A DNA stretch of 64,000 bases from Massalongia carnosa. Taxonomy: Eukaryota. This document shows positions 11,214-25,260 of this stretch, in pieces. Below the pieces are notes generated by a model. The model did not search any database and was not told where the DNA came from. It saw only the letters and a program-made list of their open reading frames with translations. The position numbers were made by a program, and so were the translations under genes. The stretch is taken from assembly GCA_965645245.1 (NCBI GenBank), contig OZ287067.1:2232001-2296000 (forward strand). The letters are read 5' to 3'. How positions within the stretch are numbered: position 1 is the first letter of the stretch; the number at the start of each line of letters is the position of its first letter.

Positions 11214-13512
11214 ATGACGGGGGGTTTGTCGTCCATTCTCCAACCGCTCCCATACAACCTTTTGCCACTCTCCAAACCACCAGACGAACCACTCGGTCGC
11301 AACCCATTCATCTCATCAGTCGCTCCCACCCCTCAACTCATTGCGCCGCACGTTTCGTTGTCCCACCGCCTGGCACCGACATCCCTGACGCAACCGTCAA
11401 CCTTACGCGACTCGGAAAACATCATCCTGTCTTCCACATTCACTCCGAGGCACAACCGCCTGTCCTTGACGGCCATTGCACGCGAAAAAACAACAGCGGC
11501 TTTCGCAAATTTTTCCCTTCGGCCTTCGCCTTCCCTACACTCGTCGTCGTCGTCGTCGTCATCGTCGTCGGCGGGCAGCCTTTCCAAATCAGTGGTTGCT
11601 GCCGCCTCGCCAGACGAGAGACCCTTGAGCGACAGAATTCACCCAAACCAGCTGCTCGAGTGCTTAGAGACACCCTTTGATCAGGCAGCTCCTCAGGCAT
11701 CTGCCGTATATCGTTCTCCCCATTACTCCCACCTCTACTCACCCCAAACATCGCCTGCACCCTCAGCTACTCGGCCGAGCCTTTCGCTGTCCCTACCTTC
11801 CGTCCCTCTGCTTTCACAATCACATACACCGGCCTTACACAACAAGATGCATCAGACGTCGTCAAGGCTTCTCCGGATGACGGATGAAGAAAGGCCGTTC
11901 ACCCGAGATTTCGAGGATCTTTTTTCCACCCTGATGGTCAGCTTGCCTCTCTCCGCCCACCGAATACGATTCCAAAAGGTCGAACACACATTTACCTCGG
12001 AAGAAGCGATCAACAACCTGGGCTCTTTGAAATTCTCCCAGTCGAACCGTATGCCGGACCCCAAAGACCCAACCCGAATCGTCACGACCACCACAACGAC
12101 CACCTTCTCGATGGCGAAGGAAATGGCACGATCGGTCTGTCAGCGTTTTATGGACGCACGGTTCATTGAGTCGGCCGACGGCAAACCCGTGCCCACCTTC
12201 CCTCTCAAAAACGCTGTGTGGCAGTTAACGCCGAAAGGCATGCACGTGTTGACACGATTTTGCCAGCGCAACGGGATCAACCAACGACATGTCCTCGAAG
12301 TCCTGGACAGCTACCGAAACACGATGCAGTTGGTCATCTTGGAAAGAGACGGGATTTCGGACAAGCTCTCGCACGATCGTGCCACCATCGAGGTCATCTT
12401 CCGGCGTTTTGCTGGCCAAGAAGGGCCGAACGCCAAGCTCAGCGTCACCAGCTCCGATTCCGATTCGCTAAGCGACTATTACAACGGTCTCATAGGAGTC
12501 AAAATGGCAAAGGAGCGAAAAATCCTAGACAAAATCGTTCCCAACACCTTTACCGGCAAAGCGGCGGTGGATTGGCTGATGGATTGCTGCACCACGGTAG
12601 ATCGAAGGGAAGTGTACGAAGTGGCCGAGCTCTTCGTTTATCACGGCCTGATATGGGCTGTCGTGGAGGACAAGGTGTACGTGCACCAAAACCCTGGTGC
12701 CGGCAGGTTTCAGCCCACCAAGAACGCCATCTACGGGGTGACGGAAAAGGGTCAACGGGTGGCGGGATGGCTCGCGCGAGAAGACAGCACCAGCAGCGAC
12801 GACATTCATGGAGAACCGCTCAAGGGCGGAAAATGCAGGAAGGACGGCAGACATGCGCCGAGAGATTCCAACAATAGCCGTCTGACAATTATCGTCAATG
12901 ACCCGGCTCTGCGCCTTCTGTTCCGGGAATTCTTGCGAGACACGCACTGTGAAGAGAATTTGGCTTTCTATCTGGAAGTCCGAGAGTTTACCAGATCGTA
13001 TGATACGGCGGAGCGAGCCAAGGCGTTTGCCCGCCTGGATGCCATCAGAGAAAACCTTGCGGCCGCATATGGTACGTTTCCGTTTCTCCCCTCTCGATTA
13101 TAGCTAACCTTGGCAAGGTCTGTACAATGCGTTCCTCGCGCCCGGATCGCCGTGCGAACTAAATATTGACCACAACCTACGAAACAGCCTTGCTGGGCGT
13201 ATGACGCGGGCTGTGGGAGACGATGATTCCATGCTGAAGAGTCTTCAAGAGGTCGTTAGCCTCTTCCGAGACGCTCAAGCTTCGGTTTTTAAGCTCATGT
13301 CAAGCGTAAGCAGAACACCAGCTGGATAACGGTTTTTGGCTGACGTGGATTCTCAGGATTCTGTGCCCAAATTCTTAAAGGAACCCAAGTATGCTGTCAT
13401 GTTGATTCAACACAATTTCGACAGCAACCCTGCAGCAAACAACGTTGGATCGCCCACTGCTCCTCCGGAGCGATCAAGAAGCAAAGTCGTTCGGGATGCT
13501 CGCGGGTCTTGA
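11214..13512 (+). CDS. flbA: Regulator of G-protein signalling FlbA/Rgs1 (DEP-DEP-RGS; exons 11214-13071, 13118-13305, 13357-13512)
   Basis: Hallmarks AIAREKT, KMHQTSSRLLRMTDEERPFTRDF, NLGSLKFSQSNRMPDPKDP, DEP segment TFTGKAAVDWLMDCC, RGS segment DPALRLLFREFLRDTHCEENLAFY...AYGLYNAFLAPGSPCELNIDH...VFKLMSS|DSVPKF. The start is the first in-frame ATG; the true start is uncertain. Confidence 0.95.
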
Positions 13513-14846
13513 CGAATCAGTCTCGTATGTTGCGATTGCCTCACTCACACTGGAAGGGTTATTCAGATCCACGCAGGTCTCATGATCTATGGACACAACG
13601 CCTCGGTTTAACCCTGCCCTCTCTGGACGAAATTCCGGAATACTTGTACATGAAGATGATGATGCTGGACCTCGTACTCCTTCCTCCCAATAGATTACCC
13701 CCCCCCCCCGGATCCTCATCCGGACCTACCTTGACCTTGAATATGAGCAACGAGCAGTCTTTCTGTCAATTTCTCGCCGGTGTCGTCCCATTTTGCATCC
13801 TTAGCCCAAGGACCCAGGAGCAGAAAGCATCTTCATACAAACGCTGTCACGAAAAACCACTGCATTTAACCGGAGCCCCGTCGGAAAACATTTCCTATTT
13901 TCTTATTTTCTTCTTCGCCTCACCGAATTCATCAACCATTGGCCGCATCATTTTCGGATTCACCCATCATTGGATACAAAATTTTTTTTGCTGCCTATCG
14001 ACATGTGCGTTTTGTGATATTATTTTAAAATATTTTTCCCTTTCTTTCTCTATTCTTGGCTTGCCCTTTCCAGGATGATGAGGATGAAGTGGATGGAAGA
14101 CGTCGATGGCGCCAGCCATCGTTCTATTTGGTGAAGGAAAAAGGGAATTCGGGTTCGTTGTCGGTCGTGCGGTTCAACCATCTTGGCTGCCCAACATAGC
14201 GGGCCTCACCCATGCGACTGGGCTGAATTCTGGGTGATTCTTGGATCGAGGTCAATCAACCCACCTCACCATCTCCTCGGCTCTCGTCACGGGCAGCCGC
14301 CTACCCCTTCATCCCCTCTCCATCCGCTCACCTCATGTGAACAAACTCCGATATCCCTGAACTCTACATCCATTCTTGGCTTGGGTTTGTGTCGTGTGCG
14401 CAAAGGAGGCAGGCGGAAAAAAAAATGGGGGGGTGGGGGGTTTTCACGGATGTATCTACGTATTTACCGCTACCGGGAACGTGTATATGTAAACCCACGT
14501 CTCCGTTTTCACTTTTTCTTCATCGGTTGTGCGGGAGATTTGGAAAAAAGGGAGAAACCAAAGTGTTGCTCTTTTTTTTCTTCTTCCAACCCCCAATCAG
14601 GTAGTTATATAATTACTTTAACCGGTAGCCGGCAACTAGCTGGGCCGTCCAATCAATTAGAGATATTAGAAATTCAGCCCATCAAAACGTGGTCAATCCA
14701 TTCTTTTGTTCGTTCATCCGCGTTTTTGCGAATCGATCTATCTCCTCAGCCCCCCCCCCCCTCTTCGCTGCTCCGCTCCATGATATTTAGGCCGTTAGGG
14801 CATAGAGTGAATGAGTGAACGAATGAACGAGGAAAAGTGGAAACGT

Positions 14847-15122
14847 TGCTGCTGCTGCTGCTGCTGCTGCTGAACGTACGTGAGCAGAAGCAGAAGCAGA
14901 AGCAGAAGCAGAAGCAGAGCAAAGCCTGCCTGCCTGCCTGATTATCTACCTACCTACCTACCTACCTATAATATAGTTCAGCCTTCTCCCTGCCATAAAC
15001 AGCGGAGGGGGCGAGGCAAGAGGGCTTCGGGCGTGCTGGGCACGGAGGAATAACGGGTTATGTATGTATGTATGTATGTATGAGAGGAGAATCCCCAAAA
15101 AAAAAAAAAAAAAAAAAAAAAG
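14847..15122. repeat. Microsatellite cluster: (TGC)n, (GCAGAA)n, (GCCT)n, (CTAC)n, (TATG)n and a long poly-A
   Basis: Consecutive SSRs in the flbA/SMC2 convergent intergenic region. Confidence 0.9.
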
Positions 15123-15608
15123 GTATGGGTTGAGCGGGATGGGTAGCAATGAATGAATGAACGTAAGCGCGAACGGGGTCGGTCCGTTTGGGGACGGGAA
15201 AGGGGGGGGGGGGGGGTAGAAAGGGAAAAAGGCATACGAAGATAGGAAGTTGAAAATATAAATGAGGCGCGGTTGTCCTTTGTTTCGTAAGAGGACGGTT
15301 AATTGTGACTGTATCCTAGACGAACACATGGTAATAATAATACGCTGTGGAGAATATAAAAATCACTGAAATCGGCGGGGGCTGGTCTAGCTATGAGGAG
15401 TAGATAGGATAGAATTAGAATATGTAGAAAACCATCCATCGTACGTACATACACATATCTATACATCCCTTACACGAAACGCCACTCCCCAGGCCGGGTT
15501 AACCTGGCCTAATTAACTCTCTCTCTTCCCCCTTCCGATCCCCCCCCCTCCAAAACTCCCTGCCTCCCCCCCCCCCCCCCACCAAACCCACCCAACCCAC
15601 CCACCTAC

Positions 15609-18600
15609 CTACCTAAAATCCGCCGGCGTAAGCGCCTGCACCACGCTCGTGCCCTCACTGAAGCGGGTCCGGAAGATGCGGTTCGCGTTCTGGAACATGC
15701 CATCCTTGAGGCTAACAACGATGAACTGGCTGCCGCGGAAGCGGGTCTGGATCAGGCGGCCGATGTTCTGGGTGTGGGAGAGGTCGAGCGCGGCGTCGAC
15801 CTCGTCGAGGATGTACATGGGCGCGGGCTTGAATTGCAGCAGGGCAAGGATGAGGGAGAGGGCAATGAGGGAGCTAGGAGTGGTAGGGGTTAGTCGGTTT
15901 GGGTTAAAGGGGAGGAGGAGGAGGAGGAGGAGGAGGAGGGGGGGAGGGTAACAAGAAAAGGGAATGTACCGTTGACCACCGCTCAACTCGTTCAAGCTCT
16001 GTTTCCACACTTTGCCCAAGCTGACTTTGACTTCCAGCCCGTCGGAGATTTGCTTCCCCTCCGGCGGATCGAGTTTGGCGAAACTGCCGGGCAGTAGGTC
16101 GGCGAAGATGTGGCCGAAGTCGGTGTTGACCTTGGTCCAGGTCTTGCGCAAGGCCTCCTTCTTATACTCGTCCAGTGAGGTGATGGTCTCCTCAATCTTG
16201 CGCTTGTCGCGGATGACGGTGCGCATCATGTTCTTGAGCGCGGCCTCCTTCTTCTCCACGCTGTCGATCATGTTCATCACCTTTGGGTTAATCTTCTTCT
16301 TCATGCCTTGGAAGCGCTCCATTAGGCTGCGCAGCGAGGCTTTGCACTCGGCCATGTTCTGCCCGGCGAAGTCGTAGAGCGTGTTCGCGCGGCCGAAGTT
16401 TTCTTTCTCGTCGGCAATCCACTCATGCTCATTTTCGAGGTGGCTGAGGCTTTGCCTCGCCGTTTGCTGCTCCTTTTGAAATTTCTCGATGTGGTGCGCG
16501 AGCTTTTGCTTCTCGAGGCTTTCTTCAGTAATCCGGGATGCTTTGGATCGTGAGGCGTCTTCGAGAGAGCGGAGTTCCTCGTCGAAGCCGGTGAGTTTTG
16601 CTCGCTCATCGTTGAGGTGTGCTTGTGCCATATCATGGGTATCCTTGGGGTGTTGGTTAGCAATGCACAAGCGTGGGGAAGCTCTCGTTTCCCACCTTGA
16701 CTTCAGCTTGTTCTTTTTGAAGCCCCTGGATCTCCTCATATTGCGCCTTTAACGTAGAATCAACCTCCACCAGCTGTTCTTGAGCTGCGCCAAGGTCGGT
16801 GTCAAACTGTTCCGCTTCCAGTCTTGCAGATTGCAGCTCTTTCTGTAGCGTCTTTACAGCGATTGAGTCTTTGGTCTGGGTTTTCTGCAAAGCGTTTAGC
16901 CTGGTCTGCAACTCCGCGAGCTTGTTGTCCTTATTGTTGCTGAAGTCGTTTATATCTTTTTCGATCCGCTTGATGTCCTTAGAAGCTTCGCTATACCGTG
17001 TCTTAGCATCTGCAATGTCGGTCTTGAGCTGCTCAATGCTAGCTTTCATCTCTTCCACTGCTTGTATGATCTAGGTGATATAAGACAAAGTCAAAACAAT
17101 GGGTTTTGTGACATACTGAGGAAGAGGAGTTTCCCCCTATTCGGTCTTCTGTCAACTTAATCTCGTGCGACTTCAAATCTAGCTCTTGCTCCAATTTCCG
17201 AGCGGAGTCGAGCCTTTTCTTTTCCTTAGCCATCAATGCCTGTAGCTCACTAAGCTCACTCTCCTGTGTTGAGAGTTGGCTGTTAAGTTCGTTCAACTTT
17301 TGTAATGTTACCAGAACGCCACTAGAATTCGGCGAGCTTCCCCCTGAGAGAGTCCCAGACGGATCATATACATCACCGTCCAAGGTTACACTCTTCATCC
17401 GGACTGCAGGATCAAAGGTTACCTTCTTGGCCGTTTCTGCGTCCTCACACACCAGCGTGGAACCGAAAACATATTCCATAGCTGCCGACACCTCATCATC
17501 ATAGCCGATCAAGGATAGCGCAAGGTCGACTTTGCCAGGGGCAAGCTTCTGTGCCGCTCCGATCTTGTCCACGGACGCTCGGAAAGCGGAAATCTTGTTA
17601 AGAGGGATTATCGTCACCCTTTTCCGCAATTTGCCGTTTTGAAGAAGTTGAGTGCCAATCTCTGCAGAGTCCACAACAACGTTATACAGTCGACCTCCAG
17701 CACAGATTTCCAAAGCGGTACCGGCTTGGGTTTTGTCCTTGTCCAAAGTAAAAAGCTGCGCGACCAAGCCTTTTACCTTGGACCGATCAAAATTTGGAGT
17801 CGGATCGTTGTAGCTGAAGTCGATATTGGCAACTTTACGTTTCAAACCGTCTGTCTGTTCCCGCAAACTCCGAATTTCCCTCTGGAGTAATCCTTGCTGC
17901 TCGATCATCTTCTTCTCCCTGCCAGGTTCAAAACCAAGATGGCCTAATTCCGATTCCAGCTTCTTGCCTTGTGCCCGTAAGACCTCGAGATCTTTAAGTA
18001 GACCCGAGTTTTGCTCTTTGGCCTTTTTCGCCCGTGGCCCATCTTCTTTGATTCGTTTTTCAAGATGAGAGATTTTGAGCTTTGCCTGTTCTTGTTCCGT
18101 AGTGGCTGTGCTGGCGCGGTTGCGTGCATCTTGCAATTGGCCCTGGTAACCATTTTCCTGGCCTTCTCTCGAAGCCACGCCAGTCTGAAGCGTCTGCAGC
18201 AACTCTTCGTTTTGTTCTAGCTCCGCCGTCTGTTTGTCTAGCTCCGCTTTAGCTGTATCATATTGACCTTGGAACTTCTGGTAGATTTTGCTTTTCTGTT
18301 TGACCTGCGCCTCAAGTTCTTTTACAGCCTTCTCGACTCCTTCCCTTCTTTCCTTTTCTTCTGTCATACTGGCCTGCTTGAGATCGAAAAGGGTTGCCAA
18401 GCGGACCGATTCATGGGAATGTGTCCTAACCTCCTCCTCGAGCGCTTGAAACTTGCCGCCTTTTCGCAATTCCTTCTCCCTTGCAGCCTTGACTTTGTTT
18501 ATATCTTCTTCTAAGTTTGATATTTCATTTTTCAACCGAATTGCCGAGTCATCGAGATCGGCTGCCCTCTTCCTCTTCAGCTCCAAGTCCACCACAGATT

Positions 18601-19399
18601 GCTTAAGTTTTTCCTTATTCTTAACGTAATCATGCGCAACCACCAGCCGCGTCAACCTCTCCAAATCGTTTTGAGTCTGCTGGAAGTCCAAAAAAGCCCT
18701 CTTTTCTGTCCGTAATTTCTCCAACTTCGGCTCAATTTCGTCTTTCAAGAGTTCCGTGATTTCCTGAACCTTCATCTCCTTCTTTGCCATTGTTTTGAAC
18801 GCCTTGTCTCTCCTATCCTCAAACATCCTCGTTCCTGCCGCTTCTTCTATCATGGCTAATATTTCCACTGCCTTCATGTTCAGCACTTTTGTGATTCGAC
18901 CTTGCATGATGAGAAAATTTGGATTGTTGATATTTAGTTGTACGGATTGAAAGAGGTTCTGTACAGTTTGCTGTTGCGCGCGGTGCCCATTGATCAGGTA
19001 CTTGCTTGTGCCCCCCAGCACGATCTGTCTCGTAACAGAAATTTGAGCATATTCTTCGAATCCAATGGGTGACTTCTTCTTGTCGCGGTTGTCAAAGACG
19101 ATAGTCACGCTTGCTTTGGTGACTCCTGCTTGTCCTCTTTTGTAGATCAGATCCTAAAAATCGCATCGAACTTAGCAAATTCAGAGCGCCTTACAAAACA
19201 AATCTCATACCTGAATATTCTGTGCCCGCACAGTACTCATGCTCGTGATCCCCAAAACAAAACATATCGCATCTAGAATATTTGACTTTCCACTCCCATT
19301 TAAGCCTGTGATAGAATTGAAGCTTTCATCCCAGCCACTGATGACGGTTCGCACAGCATATGACTTGAAGCCATCAATCACAATCTCTATGACCTTCAT
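15609..19399 (-). CDS. SMC2: Condensin subunit SMC2/Cut14 (exons 19399-19211, 19153-17117, 17070-16696, 16643-15970, 15873-15609)
   Basis: [15 protein letters not shown], Walker [10 protein letters not shown], hinge VKGLVAQLF...[15 protein letters not shown]...[18 protein letters not shown], signature ELSGGQR|SLIALSL, Walker [12 protein letters not shown]; four canonical introns keep frame. Confidence 0.97.
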
Positions 19400-22222
19400 T
19401 TTGGCGTTGTCCTTGATGGGGTTTGGAAAGCCTCGAGAATGACGCGCTTTGTTTACGAGGACACTTGGGAGTTGCGCTAGGTGATTGATTAGTAATCAGT
19501 AACGTGATTTCTCTGCAGTGAATTCACCAACATCAATGCTACTAAATACACCTTGGATCCGTCACCGACTTGATGTAAAATCCTGGGCTGACCGTATCAA
19601 AAAGCTTCATTTTATCTCGAGCTTTCGGTCTTCACCTTGGAGGTCGAAAGCATTGAAAACCAATCGGTTCTAAGGCTCTTGGCAAAGAACATGTAGCAAG
19701 CCGCTTGTGTATTATATGAAGTCATACCGCTCGGATCCTCAAGCTGAAGCTCCAACACGCAGCACTATGTAATCTAACGGTATCCCCGGTAATTGGCTAG
19801 AATACCTTCATGTTTGGCTTGACAATTTCTCCATGCCAAGTTTTGCATTAACTTTATTAGCTATTCTCTCTGCTCTTGCCTAGGCTCCTATGTTTTCAAG
19901 TGCGAGCTGACAGATATAAGATTATCTTTCGCAAGATATTACAGTTGATTATTTGCATACAATTACAGGATTTCATTTCTGGAAGTCACTGGCATTACTT
20001 GATTTGTCATATAAATAGCTGAGAGTGCCTAGAAACCGACAAGTATTTAAAATGCTGTAAAGGAAGCCTCCAAATAAATGACTTTATTTAATGAAATTAA
20101 ATGTCTCGGCAATGTACTCTCGGAGATAGGAAACACGAATCGAAATCATCAGGCACCCAAGAACGATAGCGTCTCCGCGTCCAATACCCTTTAATACTGC
20201 CAGCAGGGGAAAACTTCCTCTCATGCATTGTCTGGAAGATTTAGCTAGTTATGGGGAAACAGAAGGTGCGTGGAGCACTCAAGACAATCTTAGAAAGGAA
20301 CACGTTCGATAGGGGTCGATGACGCTCTCACGTCAGTCTAGTTCGAGTAGTTATTCCTCCCTTGTCAAAACTCATTTCTAGAAGCGCTTTAGCAATCTCT
20401 CTCCTTTGAATGGTTTATTACTTCTGTCCTCTGATATCGAAGGCATGGCTCGTCTTTCATGTTTAATAGCATTATTCTCTAGTGCTTTCCAGCGGTGAAT
20501 CCTAAATGTGTGCGGACGTCGAATGTCAATTACCGAAACAACCGGATACTTGAAGAAATAATAATGTGTTTCACAGGGCCCTCAAACAACGAGCGCTTCA
20601 AAACCGGGAAATCTGAAAGGAATGTATGTTAAGAAAGCGAGCTATTGCGACGCCTTCTAAGAATACGTACCAGCTACATTTATATTGGTGGGTCGGATAC
20701 GTTTTGGGTTCCGCTTCTTACTATCAAAATCCTACTAAGGCTTAACATATTGCAGGTGCCGCAAGCAACCCTTCTCGAACCTCACCCTGGGGTTGTAGCT
20801 TGAATAGGTGTGCCGAAATGGCTAGCTAATGAAGAATGGGAGTTTCAAGGTAGCAAAGCTTGCTCTAGGTGAAACTTCAAGTTCCGGATGTAGAGTATTT
20901 CCTACGCACCTTCGCTGTCATTGTATTTACCTTCGCTGGTGATAGTAAATGCATTTATGGGACCTTTTATACGAGGAGAAGCCTCCCCATTTGACCGATG
21001 TGACCTTTTCGGCATGACTCCTTTGTATGTAAGCCATTTGTATCTTCATCGATCACTGATTTGTCTTGTTGCTGAGTGTAAAAAGTATGCCGCAGCTTCA
21101 CTGAAGCTTTCTGTGTGCAGTATATTACTCGGTCAAAGTGCTGATGGCAATGCTGTGTATTTTAGACAAAAGAAAATATTTCGTAAACTAAAATTCACGT
21201 GAAATGTCTATAAACTATTCCTAAAGCGCTCCTTAAACTACTTAGGATTATTTTACTAACATAAGGTGTCAAAGATGAAGTACTTACAGCTTGTTAAAAT
21301 ATTTGTAGTTAAATGCGCAAATGAGGTTTCTATGGTTACAAAAACGGGAATATTAGGCCAAAGACTTTTCGACTCACTTTGAGAAACCGTGGATGGCCAT
21401 ATCTCCCTGTGCTTGCACCTACCAAGGATTTTTTGGACTGGGTTGATACCAACTGCACTCTGCCTCACATCTACTCTTTAAAGCTACTATGAATGTTAAT
21501 AATAATTCTACAGCAGTGAAGTTGTTTGTTAAGGAAAGGTTGAAAATATATAATACCCACTTTTACTCCACGAAATTTTATGAACTTCCAGAGCGAAATG
21601 AGCCAAGATTGATGACAGGTTCTTAGAACTAAGGTAGCAATAAGTGAGAAACACTTGATGAGCCAGGTCGGTAAACTTTCATATACCTCCAGTATCACAG
21701 CCTAAGGACAACTGTATTGAAGACAAAGATTATTCTACCAAAAGTCTCAAGCTAGAGCCCGAACTGAAAGAGCTGGAGATGAAAGGTACGTTTCGGGTAA
21801 GGGTAAAAGAAAGAATTGGTAATGAACTGAATGGGAACCAAAACTTGAAGGGTTTGGTCGGAAGTGCAGGGACCCAGCACGTTTCCTGTATAGAGAGGTT
21901 TTTTGAAAGGTGGAGGGGTGAGTTGATGCTGAGTGAAGGTAAAGATTTTCAAAGCGACGAGTAGCTTCTTATCGTATGAATAAAAAACTGCTAAACAAAG
22001 GTATACCAAACCGCAAGCTGCAATCGAGAATGGAAAGAGGAAAAGATAATACTAAGAAGATTCGGAATGCTTGCAATGCACTCCAAACTACAGAACAATC
22101 CTAACCTTTTTCAATGAAAATCCAGATATTCCCCTTCTTTGTATTGAAGATATGCTCTAGAGATAGCTGTGCTCTAATTCCATAGGCACTGGCAACTCAA
22201 TATTCATGAAAACTGAAGGCTA

Positions 22223-23979
22223 CTACGATTCGGCTACTAAGGTCTTGCCTTCCCGCAAATGTTCAACCACAAGTTCTTTGCCCTCGGCGCGCCGATAAAT
22301 GTCTCTAACATCATCTAATGAAACCAGTTAGCTTGCCTACATTATTATTATTCCAGGTCATAATACCAGTTGTAGTTTCAAAGTGACTGGTCGCGTCGTA
22401 GCTTTTGGAGATAAAGATGTTGTCATTCAGTCCACTTTCCAAAGGCTCATAGAGTGGGATCGCTGGACCCATGAATTTCTCTTCGATCTTGCCAAGCCTT
22501 TCAAAACCAGGCTGTAGCTCAAGATGATGATTACTCGAGCCCTCGGCAATGGTCGAGACAATGGCAATATAATAGCCTTTAGGACAGACGTTATGTGCGG
22601 ACGAAACAATAGCGATGTAAATATCTATTAGTGTTAGCTTGTTCCGCTAAATATTGAAACACTCATACCGTTTTTCCGACCAACCTGTGCTTGGGGGATT
22701 ATAAGCTGCGCAGAATCGCTATTGTCTGTGTTTGGGACCGGATGCGTCAAGATACAGATTGCTTTGAGTAAATGCCCTACAACTTGCACCTTGCCGGGGA
22801 AATATGACGGATCTCCTAGGATTTTCTTGGTCTTCGTCGAGAATGTCATGCCCTCTGTATCATCACTTCGTTCTCGCATAGTCGCCTTGATCCCAGATAC
22901 TTTATTACCATCGTACATGATTTCATCAATATTGGTATTCAGCATATAAGTCCCACCGTAGATGGCCGACAGGCGGGCAAAGCCTTGTGGGAGCTCCCCG
23001 AGACCATATAAAGGATATATGTAGGGCGATTTTCCATACCTTGCCATAGAGTTTACGTACAGTCTTATGCGCTGCACGGTCTCTTTTGCTGCCCCTTTCC
23101 GGTTGATATACTCGTCTGTTTGATATAGAGCCATTGAGTGACCGATAAACTCCCTTGTGGATGCTTCGAGTCCATACTTGTCATAGACCTCCTTCATCGT
23201 GCATATGTTGAGATTGAGACCTATCTTGAGTTAGTAAAGGAACGTATTGCTAGTATCTAAAACTTCCTCACCCCCATGACTGGCAGGATCGTCCTCCTGA
23301 AATGCCCCAACCCACTCCAGGAACTTCTTTGCCCGTCTCTTCTCCCAGAGACCCATTAGAGACGATCGCAATGCCTCACCGGCATCTGATGGCACCTTTG
23401 CAACTGTTGCCTTAGCCCCGCTTCCTTGCTGTACGTAACTGCCTGCTATTTGCTTGAACTCAAGGTATCTTGTGACATCAGTCGAAACCAGAATATTTGT
23501 TAAATCCCCGTTAGCTAGCAACAGTTTCGGCACCAGATCAATATTCCAATCATTGGCACGTCCATATTTCTTCCAGGGTTCTTCCGCTTCTGAATATGTG
23601 CCGTATTTCTTGAACAGCTGCAGCGCATTAGCTTAGAACCAACCAATACTCGATGTAGCGCACAGATTCAATGTTTACGGAAGCAGCTTCACTAAGAGAT
23701 ATTAGCCCTCAAAGCCATGAAGTTGAGGAACTCAAGCGAACCCTCCATAATGGTCGTTCCGGTCAATGTGAAGCACCTTCTTGCCCTCCACGCTCATTAC
23801 GCTAGACAATACTCAGCTGTAATATTTTCAAATAGGTTATATACTGGGTTAACTTACCCAGACAGGACACACTCGGTCAATCCTGAATTATCAGTTCATA
23901 AAGTCTACACCCTCCTGTGGCGGGGTACTTTACCTGTTCCAAGTACCACAATATCGTATTCTGGGTCAACATCACCCAT
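22223..23979 (-). CDS. GDI1: Rab GDP-dissociation inhibitor (multi-exon)
   Basis: MGDVDPEYDIVVLGTG|LTECVLSG|VMSVEGKKVLHIDRNDHYGG|EAASVN...DWNIDLVPKLL...ARYGKSPYIYPLYGLGELPQGFARLSAIYGGTYML...FISKSYDATSHFETT|DDVRDIYRR. Confidence 0.96.
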
Positions 23980-24430
23980 ATTGATGATAGTGTTCAGTTA
24001 GAAAAACGATATGAATCTTAGACTGAAAATATCTTGTAAACTGCAACATGAAATTTTACGAGACGGTTGGCGTGTAGGTGAGAGAGGCTACATCATCAAC
24101 GGTGATCGGAAAATCCTCAGGGCTAATTGGTTAGATCTTAGCGCGCGCTAAGTAGTCTTGCGGGTAATCAGCTGCGGTTCGATACACTTCTGCCGCCAGA
24201 TATGCTTATATCTTGCTCTGGGACAAGCCCAAAATGCTTAATAAACAAAGTCTACTCAATTCGTACCACAAAGAAAATCCAAGAACTTGATTTGTGGATG
24301 AATAAATTTCAAGCGGTACAAGCTGATCGCTACAGATTCTGAATAGAACACCTAGATGGTTCAACATTAGAATGCAGGAAGAGACATGTACAACCAAATC
24401 TAGGACAGCCAAACACCGGAATACCTATCG

Positions 24431-25260
24431 TTATGGCCTCCCTTCGATTGCCGCAACCATCTGTTGTTTCTCTACTTCCTCACGAAGGGGGGGCTTGGAT
24501 AAGTCGTAACCTTTCTCAGCTGCCACTTTTCGAGCGTCCTCCCACGCATACCACCGTTCGGTAAGGGCGTGCTTTATAGCTCGTTGAGTCACCCGTACCT
24601 ATAGAAGTCTTAAGTAGGCGGCGCGTAAATGGAATATCTGACCATGTTGATCGGAAGGTAACCAACCTCCCTCTCCCTTTCCTTGGATTCGAGGTCCCCG
24701 TATCCTGCCTTTAGCCTTTCGCGTTCATGCCTCTCTGTGGCCAGTCGGTTTCGTTCCTTTACACAAACCCACCAAAGAGAGTGTAGGTCCTCCCATGATT
24801 TGTGCCGTAATTCCTCAACAGCCCATCCTCGCCCTTTAGACATTCTAATTAGCTTAAAAGTGATTTGAGGCTCTTAGATCAGCTTACCATGGGCATTATC
24901 TTCTTCTGGTGTACTCAGAGCAGTTCTATCCTTGTTGAAGAACCCCCACAGCCCATGATTCTCATTCACTTCGATTTTTGATCTTCTCGTAGGATCTAGT
25001 ACAGGCTGTGGTAGGGGCTCCTTTGACATTCCCACGGGGTAGCGTAGTCCTGTTCTACGTAATGCGGAAACCCCGCGGTTTGGATTGCCATCACGCTTGC
25101 GGCGCTGGCTTGACGAAGCTGATGTTGAGAAGTGAGATGATTGATTTGCAGGTTTAGATGTGTATGCTAGCATTGGCGCAAGAAACACAGGGGGGCTCTC
25201 TCTGAATGAAAGCAAAGAAAAAGCTTTGAATGCTCGGCCCACCACAAAGTACGGCATCAT
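24431..25260 (-). CDS. MRPL4: Mitochondrial large ribosomal subunit protein uL29m (54S L4 / MRP-L47 family; 3 exons)
   Basis: Targeting-peptide-like N-terminus, [74 protein letters not shown]. Confidence 0.92.

Noticed and set aside
13509..15329. ORFs of 120-210 aa downstream of flbA
   Set aside because: Non-ATG starts and SSR/homopolymer-derived composition; most likely 3' UTR and intergenic DNA.
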